NCBI GenBank assembly: GCA_034434515.1
Contig: DAOTZA010000043.1
Location: forward strand, 1,999 to 65,998
Direction of reading: 5' to 3'
From: Anaerolineales bacterium
GTDB taxonomy: Bacteria; Chloroflexota; Anaerolineae; Anaerolineales; UBA4823
Length of the DNA stretch: 64,000 nucleotides
The position numbers were made by a program, and so were the translations under genes. Numbering within the stretch: position 1 is the stretch's first letter; each line of letters opens with the position of its first letter. A model generated the notes under the pieces. That model searched no databases, was not told the DNA's origin, and saw nothing but the letters and a program-made list of their open reading frames with translations. This document shows positions 46,770 through 56,193 of this stretch, piece by piece.

Positions 46770-49535
46770 ATGGACCGTACTGTTTTACCTACATTTGACC
46801 CCGTTCATGATGTTTTGCACTATGAGAAGAAACCGCTTGACGTTTTGTTTGCTCCGAAAAATGTCGCCTTAATCGGCGCTACCGAATCGCCAAATACCGT
46901 CGGACGAACAGTGTTATGGAATCTAATTAGTAGCCCGTTTGGTGGGGCGGTTTTTCCCGTCAACCCCAAACGCTCCAGCGTGTTGGGGATCAAGGCTTAC
47001 CCATCAATTGCCGAGGTCCCCGAACCGGTCGATGTGGTTGTGGTAACCACACCTGCACCAACCATCCCGGAGATTATTCGGCAGTCAGTTGAAGTTGGAG
47101 TGAAAGGTGCGATTATTATCTCAGCTGGCTTTAAGGAAATTGGTCCCGAAGGGGCAGAGTTAGAACGTCAAATCCTGGAACATGCCCGCCGAGGCAACAT
47201 GCGCATTATTGGGCCAAACTGTCTGGGTGTTATGTGCCCAATCACCGGATTCAACGCTACCTTTGCTTCAACGATTGCGCATAAAGGATCGGTAGGGTTT
47301 ATCAGTCAAAGTGGAGCCTTGTGCACCGCCGTTCTCGATTGGAGCCTAAAAGTAAACGTCGGCTTTAGCGCTTTCGTTTCGGTGGGCTCTATGCTCGACG
47401 TTGGGTGGGGAGACTTAATATACTATCTTGGAGACGATCCCAATACAGATAGCATTGTTATCTACATGGAGACAATTGGAGATGCCCGAGCATTTCTATC
47501 AGCCGCGCGTGAAGTGGCATACATTAAGCCAATCATCGTCATAAAGCCCGGTCGTACAGCAGGAGCTGCTAAAGCCGCCGCGTCCCACACTGGATCGTTA
47601 ACCGGCAGCGATGAAGTGCTCGAAGCTGCTTTCCGCCGCAGTGGCGTCTTACGGGTAAACTCAATTGCCGAGCTGTTCTACATGGCTGATGTGTTAGCGA
47701 AGCAACCTCGTCCGAAAGGTCCGCGCTTGACAATTTTGACCAATGCTGGTGGACCTGGTGTGATTGCAACGGATGCATTACTTATGAATGGCGGCCAACT
47801 AACTGAACTTAGCCTGGAAACAATGGAAGCTCTCGATCAAATCCTCCCTCCCGTCTGGAGTAAAAATAACCCGATCGATATCATCGGAGATGCTAGTCCA
47901 GAACGCTACGCCAAAGCCCTTGAGGTAGCCGCCAAAGATCCCAATAGCGATGGCTTACTGGTCATACTTACTCCCCAGGCAATGACAGATCCCACTAAGA
48001 CGGCTGAACAATTAGTGCCTTACGCACAAAGCCTTGGAAAACCCATTTTAGCCAGTTGGATGGGAGGCGAGGAAGTCGAGGAAGGAGCTCGTATCCTGAC
48101 TCGAGCAAAAATCCCTAATTTCCCGTATCCCGATACGGCCGCCAGAATGTTCAACTATATGGCCCAGTTTGCCGAAAACCTTGCCAGTTTATATGAAACC
48201 CCTCCGTCTAATAACACCGATGTAACTGCTGCGCTAAACAAAGAAGCTGCCGCCAGGATCATTGACAAGGTACGTCAGGAAGGACGCACTCTCCTAACGG
48301 AATACGAGTCCAAGCAAATCTTGAGCTGCTACCAGATTCCGGTCGTCCAAACCCTGATTGCCGATAACGAAGAACAGGCTGTTCATTTCGCCAATCAAAT
48401 TGGTTATCCGGTGGTTCTAAAACTGCACTCCGAGACCATTACCCACAAAACCGATGTTGGTGGCGTGCAATTGAACCTTCAATCAGATGAAGAGGTACGC
48501 CGGGCTTTCCAGGCAATCAAAACCTCCTTGCATACCAAAGTAGGCGAGAAATCTCAGGATGGTAAACCTCACTTCCTGGGTGTTACCGTTCAGCCCATGA
48601 TTTCTCCCGAAGGATATGAAATTATCCTTGGAAGTAGTGTGGATCCACAATTTGGGCCAGTGTTGCTATTCGGTTTAGGTGGACAATTAGTTGAGGTATT
48701 CAAAGATCGTGCCCTGGGTTTGCCGCCATTAAACGCCACTTTAGCCAGACGCATGATGGAACAAACGAAGATCTATAAAGCCCTCAAAGGGGTAAGGGGA
48801 CGGAAATCCGTTGATCTCACCGCTCTGGAGCAACTGCTGGTGCGTTTTAGCCGCTTGGTCACCGATAATCTATGGATCAAGGAGATGGACATCAACCCCT
48901 TATTAGTGTCCCCCGATCGGATTATCGCCCTCGATGCACGTGTGGTGATACACGAACCGTATCTTAGAGAGGATCAATTACCAAAATTGGCCATCCGTCC
49001 CTATCCAACCCAATATGTAACAAGCTGGACAGACAAATTCAATTGTACCTATACAATCCGTCCAACCCTGCCCGAAGATGAACATCTCCTGGTCAAGTTC
49101 CACGAAAATCTCTCCGATCGCACAGTCTATTTGCGATACTTGCACCCTATGCTATTGAGTCAACGGGCAGCTCACGAGCGCCTAGCTCGTATTTGCCATG
49201 GAGATTATGACCGAGAAATTACCCTGGTAGTCGAACAGGAAGAATGTGAGAGTGGAGAAAGGCGCATTGTCGGAGCCGGACGTCTGAGTAAAATTCACTC
49301 CCTTGACGAAGCTCGCTTTAGTATCCTCATTAGCGACCTGTACCAGGGAAAAGGAATCGGAACAGAGCTAATGAAACAGATTCTCCATGTGGCGCGGGAA
49401 GAAAAGTTACGCCGCATCGAGGGAATCATTACACCCGATAATGAGGCAATGAAACATCTCGTCCAAAAAATGGGCTTCACCCTTCGGCCAATTAACGAAA
49501 ACAAACATTTATGCGCCGAGATCTACATTCAATAG
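46770..49535 (+). CDS. Pat-type protein acetyltransferase: NDP-forming acyl-CoA synthetase-like region (CoA-binding, ligase-CoA, ATP-grasp) fused to C-terminal GNAT
   Basis: CoA-binding N-terminus ([15 protein letters not shown]). The ligase region has SHTGSLTG and an ATP-grasp block. C-terminal GNAT motif A is [11 protein letters not shown]. Start is uncertain (46665/46740/46770). Confidence 0.75.
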   Translation: MDRTVLPTFDPVHDVLHYEKKPLDVLFAPKNVALIGATESPNTVGRTVLWNLISSPFGGAVFPVNPKRSSVLGIKAYPSIAEVPEPVDVVVVTTPAPTIPEIIRQSVEVGVKGAIIISAGFKEIGPEGAELERQILEHARRGNMRIIGPNCLGVMCPITGFNATFASTIAHKGSVGFISQSGALCTAVLDWSLKVNVGFSAFVSVGSMLDVGWGDLIYYLGDDPNTDSIVIYMETIGDARAFLSAAREVAYIKPIIVIKPGRTAGAAKAAASHTGSLTGSDEVLEAAFRRSGVLRVNSIAELFYMADVLAKQPRPKGPRLTILTNAGGPGVIATDALLMNGGQLTELSLETMEALDQILPPVWSKNNPIDIIGDASPERYAKALEVAAKDPNSDGLLVILTPQAMTDPTKTAEQLVPYAQSLGKPILASWMGGEEVEEGARILTRAKIPNFPYPDTAARMFNYMAQFAENLASLYETPPSNNTDVTAALNKEAAARIIDKVRQEGRTLLTEYESKQILSCYQIPVVQTLIADNEEQAVHFANQIGYPVVLKLHSETITHKTDVGGVQLNLQSDEEVRRAFQAIKTSLHTKVGEKSQDGKPHFLGVTVQPMISPEGYEIILGSSVDPQFGPVLLFGLGGQLVEVFKDRALGLPPLNATLARRMMEQTKIYKALKGVRGRKSVDLTALEQLLVRFSRLVTDNLWIKEMDINPLLVSPDRIIALDARVVIHEPYLREDQLPKLAIRPYPTQYVTSWTDKFNCTYTIRPTLPEDEHLLVKFHENLSDRTVYLRYLHPMLLSQRAAHERLARICHGDYDREITLVVEQEECESGERRIVGAGRLSKIHSLDEARFSILISDLYQGKGIGTELMKQILHVAREEKLRRIEGIITPDNEAMKHLVQKMGFTLRPINENKHLCAEIYIQ

Positions 49536-49563
49536 CCTCTCTAGTAACCTGACCTGAAAAGAG

Positions 49564-49601
49564 ATGGGTTCTCTGCTAGACAGAGAACCCATTTTGATTT
49601 T
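49564..49601 (+). terminator. Rho-independent terminator after the pat-like gene
   Basis: ATGGGTTCTCTG (49564-75), loop CTAGA, CAGAGAACCCAT (49581-92), then TTTGATTTT. Confidence 0.75.
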
Positions 49602-49717
49602 GCAGGAATAGCTGACGCTATATTCGAAAATCACCCAGAATATCAACTTTTTCACCCTCTACGCTCTAAACCTCGCCTTCGTTTGAGTGATACAATATTG
49701 CTCTCAATTATTTTTTA

Positions 49718-50884
49718 ATGCTTGCGAGGTATGTTGGAATGTTCTGGATCAGGAAATGGTTACTTTTTTCACTTTGGCTCGGGATGCTGGTAAGCTTAAG
49801 CGCGTGTGCAAATTCGAGTCCCACAGCGTTACCCCAACTTTCCAGTTCTGACGCTTCGGTCAAGAACACCACTGGAGTCATCGTCGAAGGGAGAGTCATC
49901 CCAAAAACTTTTGTTAATCTTTCTTTTCAAGTTAGTGGTAAAGTCAGTGAAATTCTGGTCAAAGAAGGGCAGCAGGTAAAAAGAGGAGATATCCTGATAA
50001 GGTTGGGCAATCGAGCTGAAGTGGAAGCTGATGTTGCCCGCGCTGAATTAGAGCTTTTGAATGCTCAGCAAGCTCTCGATGATCTCATCAACAACCACTT
50101 AATTGAACGTTCAAAAGCCTTAGAAGCTGTTGCCAGAGCCAATGAAAAAGTCCGTGACGCAAAATATCAACTCGATAATTTTACTGTTCCTCAGAATCAA
50201 CAAAGGTTGGATGCTGTAGAGGCAGTAAAGATTATGGAGGAACGCCTCGATCAAGCTCGTCTCGCTTTTGAGCCATATAAAAACGATTCGTTGCTCAACG
50301 ATACTCGTAAAAAGTTAAAAGAAACTCTGGACAATGCCCAGAGTGACTACAACGCAGCGGTTAAACGGCTGAATTATGAAGTAGCGCTTGAAGCAGCAAA
50401 GGCAGAATTGCAACAAGCCTTAGATCATTGGGCGGCGGTAAAAGATGGACCCGATCCTCAGCAATTAGCCCTTGCTAAAGCCAGAGTGAACGCAACCGAG
50501 AAAGCTCTTCTGGCTGCTCAAGCCCGTTTAGAGAATTTGGAGCTTCGGGCTACCATTGATGGAACAGTTGCGAAAATCAATGCAGTGGTCGGAAGTCAGG
50601 TAACCCCTAATTTGGTCGTCATCACCTTAGCTGATCTCTCATCCTGGTATGTGGAAACTGACAATCTTACCGAAGTTGAGGTTGTGGATATTGAACCTGC
50701 ACAAATGGTCACAATTGTCCCCGATGCAATCCCTGAATTAACCTTGCAAGGAAAAGTAGAAAGTATCAGTCAGGTCTTTGAAGAGAAAAATGGTGATATC
50801 ACCTATACCACAAAAATACTTTTAGTAGCGTACGATTCGCGCCTGCGCTGGGGCATGACGGTTTTAGTCACGTTCCAAAAATAA
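49718..50884 (+). CDS. HlyD/membrane-fusion-protein family periplasmic adaptor (lipoprotein-type signal)
   Basis: Signal LLFSLWLGMLVSLSAC. Lipoyl-like hairpin VSGKVSEILVKEGQQVKRGDILIRL, long coiled-coil and beta-barrel C-terminus. The start could be 49739. Confidence 0.7.
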   Translation: MLARYVGMFWIRKWLLFSLWLGMLVSLSACANSSPTALPQLSSSDASVKNTTGVIVEGRVIPKTFVNLSFQVSGKVSEILVKEGQQVKRGDILIRLGNRAEVEADVARAELELLNAQQALDDLINNHLIERSKALEAVARANEKVRDAKYQLDNFTVPQNQQRLDAVEAVKIMEERLDQARLAFEPYKNDSLLNDTRKKLKETLDNAQSDYNAAVKRLNYEVALEAAKAELQQALDHWAAVKDGPDPQQLALAKARVNATEKALLAAQARLENLELRATIDGTVAKINAVVGSQVTPNLVVITLADLSSWYVETDNLTEVEVVDIEPAQMVTIVPDAIPELTLQGKVESISQVFEEKNGDITYTTKILLVAYDSRLRWGMTVLVTFQK

Positions 50885-50945
50885 TCATTCTGGGGTAAAA
50901 TCGGGGAAATCCTGTTAGCATTGAGAGTCTTAGACGGAGGCGTTC

Positions 50946-52049
50946 TTGTCTTCCTTGCGTAAATTCGCCAAAATCATCGGTTTATTTATCATAAACATTG
51001 TTGTACTCGTAACAGTGGGATTTGCGGTTTATCTCGGATGGTTACGGTTTACCCATCAAACCTATCCAGTTTTGGCATCGGATGCGGCATCCTTACCCCT
51101 TGAGTCCAATCCATCTGGTCAAACAGACCAAGAAACAATCCAACCTACCTTACCCACTGCTTCTCAAATATCACTGGAGCGAAACATATCCCGTCGCGCA
51201 ACCTATCTGACGATTATCCCCCAACGTCCCCCCACGGAGGTTCTTACCTATACGGTCAAATCCGGTGACACCCTGTTTACGATCGCTGAACGATACAATA
51301 TTAAACCGGCTACCCTTTTATGGGGAAACTACGAAGTCTTACAAGATAACCCTCATTTTCTCAAACCCGGTCAAATCTTAAATATTCTACCAGTTGACGG
51401 CACCTATTATCAATGGCAAGAAGGGGATACGATAGAAAAAGTCGCCCAATTCTTTAAAACAGATGCTCAAAAAATCCTCGAATTTTCCGGAAATAATATC
51501 GATCTGACAAAAGTTAATGAACCGAATTCAGGTATTGAGCCTGGCACCTGGATCGTTGTTCCAGGTGGAAAACGAGCGATAAAAGACTGGGGACCTCCAG
51601 CAATTACACGCAAGAATCCAGCCTCCGCCCGTTTTTATGGCTCAGGTTCTTGCGGTGAGGTTTATGAAGGCGCAGTCGGTTCGGGCAGTTTTGTCTGGCC
51701 AACCACCGAACGGACGATTTCAGGCTATCGATATGATCCTACCGTTCACCCGGCGATCGACATTGCCGGGCAAATTGGCAACCCTGTCTTTGCAGCGGAT
51801 GCCGGCGTGGTGGTTTACTCTGGCTGGAGTGATTTCGGTTACGGTTATCTCATCGTGATTGACCATGGGAATGGATGGCAATCTGCTTATGCGCACTTAA
51901 ATTCGATTGCAGCCGGGTGTGGCGTCAGCGTTTTTCGTGGCGGTGTCATTGGAACCCTAGGCAACTCTGGCAATTCAACCGGCCCCCATTTACATTTTGA
52001 ATTGATCTTTAACGGAGCGAAAGTCAACCCGCTTGAATTTATCCAGTAA
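50946..52049 (+). CDS. LysM-domain M23 family metallopeptidase
   Basis: N-terminal TM and LysM (YTVKSGDTLFTIAERYNI). M23 motifs HPAIDIAG and GNSGNSTGPHLHFE. TTG start as given in the ORF track. Confidence 0.8.
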   Translation: MSSLRKFAKIIGLFIINIVVLVTVGFAVYLGWLRFTHQTYPVLASDAASLPLESNPSGQTDQETIQPTLPTASQISLERNISRRATYLTIIPQRPPTEVLTYTVKSGDTLFTIAERYNIKPATLLWGNYEVLQDNPHFLKPGQILNILPVDGTYYQWQEGDTIEKVAQFFKTDAQKILEFSGNNIDLTKVNEPNSGIEPGTWIVVPGGKRAIKDWGPPAITRKNPASARFYGSGSCGEVYEGAVGSGSFVWPTTERTISGYRYDPTVHPAIDIAGQIGNPVFAADAGVVVYSGWSDFGYGYLIVIDHGNGWQSAYAHLNSIAAGCGVSVFRGGVIGTLGNSGNSTGPHLHFELIFNGAKVNPLEFIQ

Positions 52050-52153
52050 CAAGGATAAGCAGCTTCGGCGTAATAAAAATCCTTTGGATTGCCATCTGCA
52101 GAATCCTTGAGAATCAATTACAATTCAATATATTTCATTTGGAGGTTCTTAAA

Positions 52154-52465
52154 ATGAGTGCTCAATTTTCTTCAGAGATCACCAGCGATGATAAATTATG
52201 GGCTGCTTTAGGATATATTTTTTCTCCCATCATCCCTATCATCTTGCTTTTGATGGAAGAAAAGAAAAATCGCCCCTTCATCAAGTTTCATGCTGTACAA
52301 GCCATCGCAGCTTTCGTTGTGATCTTTCTTCTTGCTACCATTACTTTCGGTTGCGGTTCTATCATCGTCCTGGTTATGTTCTACTGGGCATATAAAGCCT
52401 ATCAGGGCGAATATGTTGAAATTCCCGTCATAACCAATTTCATCAAAAACCAGGGTTGGGTTTAG
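52154..52465 (+). CDS. Small membrane protein, DUF4870-like
   Basis: ATG at 52154 after GGAGG (52141-45). KLWAALGYIF...FIKFHAVQA pattern with three hydrophobic segments. Confidence 0.6.
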   Translation: MSAQFSSEITSDDKLWAALGYIFSPIIPIILLLMEEKKNRPFIKFHAVQAIAAFVVIFLLATITFGCGSIIVLVMFYWAYKAYQGEYVEIPVITNFIKNQGWV

Positions 52466-52590
52466 ACTAAACTCGCACAAGGATCGAACCAATGGGCTTT
52501 TCAAAAATAATGATCAGCCCTATGGTTTCGTTTAACCTATGCAAAGTCGCATAACTATTATATAATCAATTTAGAAAAAACAAAATAGAA

Positions 52591-52780
52591 CTGCAGGGGA
52601 GAGGCTCAAACGTGAGCGCCGAAGGGGCAAGTTCAGTAGATAGGCGAGCTGGACGAAACTCTCAGGCAAAAGGACCCTGCAGGGATGACCTCTGGAAAGT
52701 CTTCCTATCCCAAAGATAGGTTGCACCGACGGGGCAAACGGAGAACCAACTTCCGTGAATCTCTCAGGTCAAAGACAGAG
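52591..52780 (+). promoter_or_regulatory. Tandem glycine riboswitch (two aptamers)
   Basis: Aptamer 1: P1 CTGCAGG(52591-97)/CCTGCAG(52676-82), GGGAGAGG, GCCGAAGGGGCAA, CTCAGGCAAAAGGAC. Aptamer 2: P1 CTCTG(52690-94)/CAGAG(52776-80), CACCGACGGGGCAA, CTCAGGTCAAAGACA. It lies directly upstream of gcvH. Confidence 0.85.
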
Positions 52781-52813
52781 GCGCGCGAAAGGTTTCGTGC
52801 GCCTTATTCTTTT
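52780..52813 (+). terminator. Riboswitch expression-platform intrinsic terminator
   Basis: GGCGCGCGAAA (52780-90) pairs with TTTCGTGCGCC (52793-803, one G-U), followed by TTATTCTTTT. It abuts the 3' strand of aptamer-2 P1. Confidence 0.7.
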
Positions 52814-52846
52814 CTAACCCCATTCATTTTTCTTCAGGAGGTACCG

Positions 52847-53236
52847 ATGAACATTCCATCTGACTTAAAATACACCAAAAATGACGAATGGCTGCGTGTG
52901 GACGGAAATCAAGGCACAATTGGGATTACCGATTATGCCCAAGAACAACTCTCCGATATCGTCTTTGTTGAGATTCTGGTCAACGAAGGAGACGAAGTCA
53001 AACAAGGTGACACCTGCGCCACTGTCGAAAGTGTAAAAGCTGCTGCAGATGTCTACATGCCCGTCAGTGGCAAAGTCATTGCCATTAATCAAGCTCTCCC
53101 CGATAAACCCGAAACCGTCAACAGCGATCCCTACGGGGACGCCTGGATGGTCAAGATTGAAATCACCAATCCTGCTGAAGTCGAACAGTTGATGGATGCC
53201 GCTGCTTATCAAGCCCATTTGGCAGAAAAAGAGTAG
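52847..53236 (+). CDS. gcvH: Glycine cleavage system protein H
   Basis: ATG at 52847 after AGGAGG. Lipoyl-lysine motif ATVESVKAAADVY. The ORF-track start at 52685 would read through the riboswitch and was rejected. Confidence 0.9.
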   Translation: MNIPSDLKYTKNDEWLRVDGNQGTIGITDYAQEQLSDIVFVEILVNEGDEVKQGDTCATVESVKAAADVYMPVSGKVIAINQALPDKPETVNSDPYGDAWMVKIEITNPAEVEQLMDAAAYQAHLAEKE

Positions 53237-53244
53237 GAGGAGCG

Positions 53245-54594
53245 ATGTTTCTTCCCCATACCGATAAAGAACGTCAAGAAATGCTGGCAACAATTGGCGT
53301 AAATAGCATCGAGGAGTTATTTGCTGCAATCCCTGAAAAGTATCGCTTCCCCGACCTGAATTTACCCTCCGCCCTCACCGAGATGGAAGCTCAGGAGGTA
53401 GTCTCTGACTTAGCATCATGGAACGATAATCTCAAAGAGATGATCTGCTTCCTCGGAGCAGGGGCATATAACCACTATGTGCCGGCCGTAGTGGATGCCA
53501 TTATCCGTAGAGGGGAGTTCCTTACTGCTTATACCCCTTACCAGGCTGAAGTCTCTCAAGGTACGCTTCAAGCCATATTCGACTATCAAAGCTTAATGAC
53601 CGCGCTGACCGGCATGGATGTATCGAATGCCTCCCATTATGATGGGGCAACAGCCGTAGCAGAAGCGATTACCATGGCAAATGCCCACTTTCGCGGCAAA
53701 CGAAACCGCGTCATCCTTTCCCCTGCCCTGCATCCCCATTATCGGCAGACAACCAGGACCTATCACGCCAATACAGGCATTCAATTCATCGGGGATGATC
53801 CAGGAGCTGACCTTCAAGCTCACCCCAATCATCTCGCCGATCTCCTGGACGCAAACACCGCCCTGGTCATCGTACAATACCCGGACTTCTTTGGCCGAAT
53901 CTATGATTACACCCAACTGGCTGAAAAAGTTCATCAAGCTGGGGCTCTTTTTGCAGTCTCGGTAAATCCGATTGCGCTGGGTCTGCTTAAAGCGCCAGGC
54001 GAGTTTGGTGCCGATATCGTTACCGGTGAAGGACAACCCTTAGGGATTCCTCTTTCGTATGGCGGTCCCTATTTAGGGATATTCACCACCCGCAAAGAAT
54101 TTGTCAGAAAAATGGCCGGCCGTTTGGTTGGCGAGACCGTTGATAACCGCGGTCAAAAAGCCTACGTCCTGACTCTCACCGCCCGCGAACAACACATCCG
54201 CCGCGAAAAAGCCACCTCGAATATTTGCACCAATCAGGGGCTCATGGCGCTGGCAGCGGCTGTCTACCTTAGCCTGGTTGGCAAGCACGGTCTCCGTCAA
54301 GTTGCTGAGCTTTGCTATCACAAAGCTCACTACGCAGCTCAAAAAATCGCTGCCATTGAAGGTTTTTCCCTATGGTCGAACGCTCCCTTCTTCAACGAGT
54401 TTGTGGTCAAAACACCATTGCCTCCCCCAGAATTAAACGAAAAGCTACTTGAATACGGGATCGTTGGTGGTTATGACCTTGGTCAAGATTATCCTGCGTT
54501 GAAAAACCACCTCATGTTCGCTGTAACCGAGATGAACAGTAGAGAAGAAATTGATTATCTGGTATCAACGCTTGTGGAGGTGTGTCATGCCTGA
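53245..54594 (+). CDS. gcvPA: Glycine dehydrogenase (decarboxylating) subunit 1
   Basis: Typical N-terminus MFLPHTDKERQEMLATIGV..., plus AYTPYQAEVSQGTLQAIF and REQHIRREKATSNICTNQ. Confidence 0.9.
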   Translation: MFLPHTDKERQEMLATIGVNSIEELFAAIPEKYRFPDLNLPSALTEMEAQEVVSDLASWNDNLKEMICFLGAGAYNHYVPAVVDAIIRRGEFLTAYTPYQAEVSQGTLQAIFDYQSLMTALTGMDVSNASHYDGATAVAEAITMANAHFRGKRNRVILSPALHPHYRQTTRTYHANTGIQFIGDDPGADLQAHPNHLADLLDANTALVIVQYPDFFGRIYDYTQLAEKVHQAGALFAVSVNPIALGLLKAPGEFGADIVTGEGQPLGIPLSYGGPYLGIFTTRKEFVRKMAGRLVGETVDNRGQKAYVLTLTAREQHIRREKATSNICTNQGLMALAAAVYLSLVGKHGLRQVAELCYHKAHYAAQKIAAIEGFSLWSNAPFFNEFVVKTPLPPPELNEKLLEYGIVGGYDLGQDYPALKNHLMFAVTEMNSREEIDYLVSTLVEVCHA

Positions 54595-56053
54595 ACCGGA
54601 TCTGTGTGAAATTTCCGTCCCTAATCGAATTGGATTTCGTTTTCCAGAAGTCGATGTACCCAAAGCTGCTTTGCCAGAGGGTCTCGTTCGAGAGATTTTG
54701 CCCCTCCCAGAGTTGTATGAAGTAGATGTAGTTCGACGCTACACGCGCCTTTCCCAGCTCAATCACTCGATTGATACCGGATACTATCCCCTTGGATCAT
54801 GTACGATGAAATACAACCCCAAGATAAACGAAGAGATGGCAAGACAAGCAGGTTTTGCCGCTGTTCATCCACTTCAACCGATTCAATCGGTGCAAGGCTG
54901 TCTGGCATTGATGTACGATCTTCAGGAGTGGTTGAAGGAAATTGGCGGCTTTGCCGGAGTTACCCTTCAACCGGCCGCTGGCGCCCAAGGGGAATTAACC
55001 GGTATCTTAATCATTCGCGCCTATCACCAGGATCGAGGCGATCTCAAGCGGACAAAAATACTTATTCCCGATTCTGCGCATGGCACTAACCCGGCGACTT
55101 CTGCTATGAGTGGGATGACCGTTGTTGAAATCAAATCTGACTCTCGTGGCAATGTCGATTTGGACGCTCTACGAGAACATTGTGACGACACCTTAGCCGG
55201 TCTCATGTTGACTAACCCGAACACGCTTGGGTTGTTCGATGAAAACCTCGAAGAGGTGATTCGGCTTGTGCATGAATCTGGTGGCCTGGTCTATGGGGAT
55301 GGGGCAAACATGAACGCCCTGCTTGGAATTGTTCGACCTGGCGACATCGGCATCGATGTTTTACATTACAATCTGCATAAAACCTTTTCAACTCCCCATG
55401 GTGGCGGTGGACCAGGTTCAGGTCCTGTTGGAGTCCGCTCTCATTTAGTGGACTTTCTGCCCTCTCCCATTGTAATGATCACCGATGAAGGTGATGATGA
55501 GACCCCTCCGATCTACGGGTTCTACACACCACCAAAAACCATCGGACGGGTAAAGTCTTTTCATGGGCACTTTGGGATGATGGTCCGCGCCTATACATAT
55601 ATGTTGATGCACGGAAAAGAAGGCTTACGCAAAGTCTCAGAACACGCGGTTCTCAATGCCAACTATCTCCTTGCCCGACTACGTCATGTTTACCACGTGC
55701 CTTATGACCGTATCTGTATGCATGAATTTGTCGCCGAAGGACGCTGGGACGATGCGCCTGAAATACGCGCCCTGGACATTTCCAAACGTCTCATGGACTT
55801 TGGTTTCCACCCACCAACCAACTACTTTCCACTGATTGTCCATGAAGCCTTGATGATCGAACCCACCGAAACCGAAAGCAAACAAACCCTTGACGCTTTC
55901 GTGGATGCCTTAATCACCATTGCCGAAGAAGCACGCACAAATCCTGAAATTCTCAAAACAGCCCCCCACCGAACCCCGGTTGGCAGAGTGGATGAGGTAA
56001 AAGCCGCCAAAGACTTGATCCTGGCTTGCGGTGTTGGTGTAGAAGAAGATTAA
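54587..56053 (+). CDS. gcvPB: Glycine dehydrogenase (decarboxylating) subunit 2
   Basis: ATG at 54587 overlaps the gcvPA stop by 8 nt. PLP-lysine context HYNLHKTFSTPHGGGGPG. Confidence 0.9.
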   Translation: MPEPDLCEISVPNRIGFRFPEVDVPKAALPEGLVREILPLPELYEVDVVRRYTRLSQLNHSIDTGYYPLGSCTMKYNPKINEEMARQAGFAAVHPLQPIQSVQGCLALMYDLQEWLKEIGGFAGVTLQPAAGAQGELTGILIIRAYHQDRGDLKRTKILIPDSAHGTNPATSAMSGMTVVEIKSDSRGNVDLDALREHCDDTLAGLMLTNPNTLGLFDENLEEVIRLVHESGGLVYGDGANMNALLGIVRPGDIGIDVLHYNLHKTFSTPHGGGGPGSGPVGVRSHLVDFLPSPIVMITDEGDDETPPIYGFYTPPKTIGRVKSFHGHFGMMVRAYTYMLMHGKEGLRKVSEHAVLNANYLLARLRHVYHVPYDRICMHEFVAEGRWDDAPEIRALDISKRLMDFGFHPPTNYFPLIVHEALMIEPTETESKQTLDAFVDALITIAEEARTNPEILKTAPHRTPVGRVDEVKAAKDLILACGVGVEED

Positions 56054-56073
56054 CAAAATAAGCTCATGTCAGT

Positions 56074-56113
56074 AACTTCCGCAGAAGTATCGTCTCTGCG
56101 GAAGTTTCTTTTT
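56074..56113 (+). terminator. Rho-independent terminator of the gcv operon
   Basis: AACTTCCGCAGA (56074-85), 9-nt loop, TCTGCGGAAGTT (56095-106), then TCTTTTT. Confidence 0.8.
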
Positions 56114-56193
56114 AAACAGATTTGACAACCAACTGATTTAATCCCTTAAACCCCTTCAAACTGAAGTAAAATTACTTTTCGTCTGAGAAGACT

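Noticed and set aside
52538-52566. A promoter for the glycine riboswitch, with TATAAT at 52561-52566.
   Set aside because: The -10 is good, but I could not find a convincing -35 at 16-18-nt spacing. It is left unannotated rather than asserted.
52685-52846. The upstream start of the gcvH ORF (183 aa), which reads through the riboswitch region.
   Set aside because: This stretch is the glycine riboswitch plus terminator. ATG at 52847 with AGGAGG gives a standard 129-aa GcvH.
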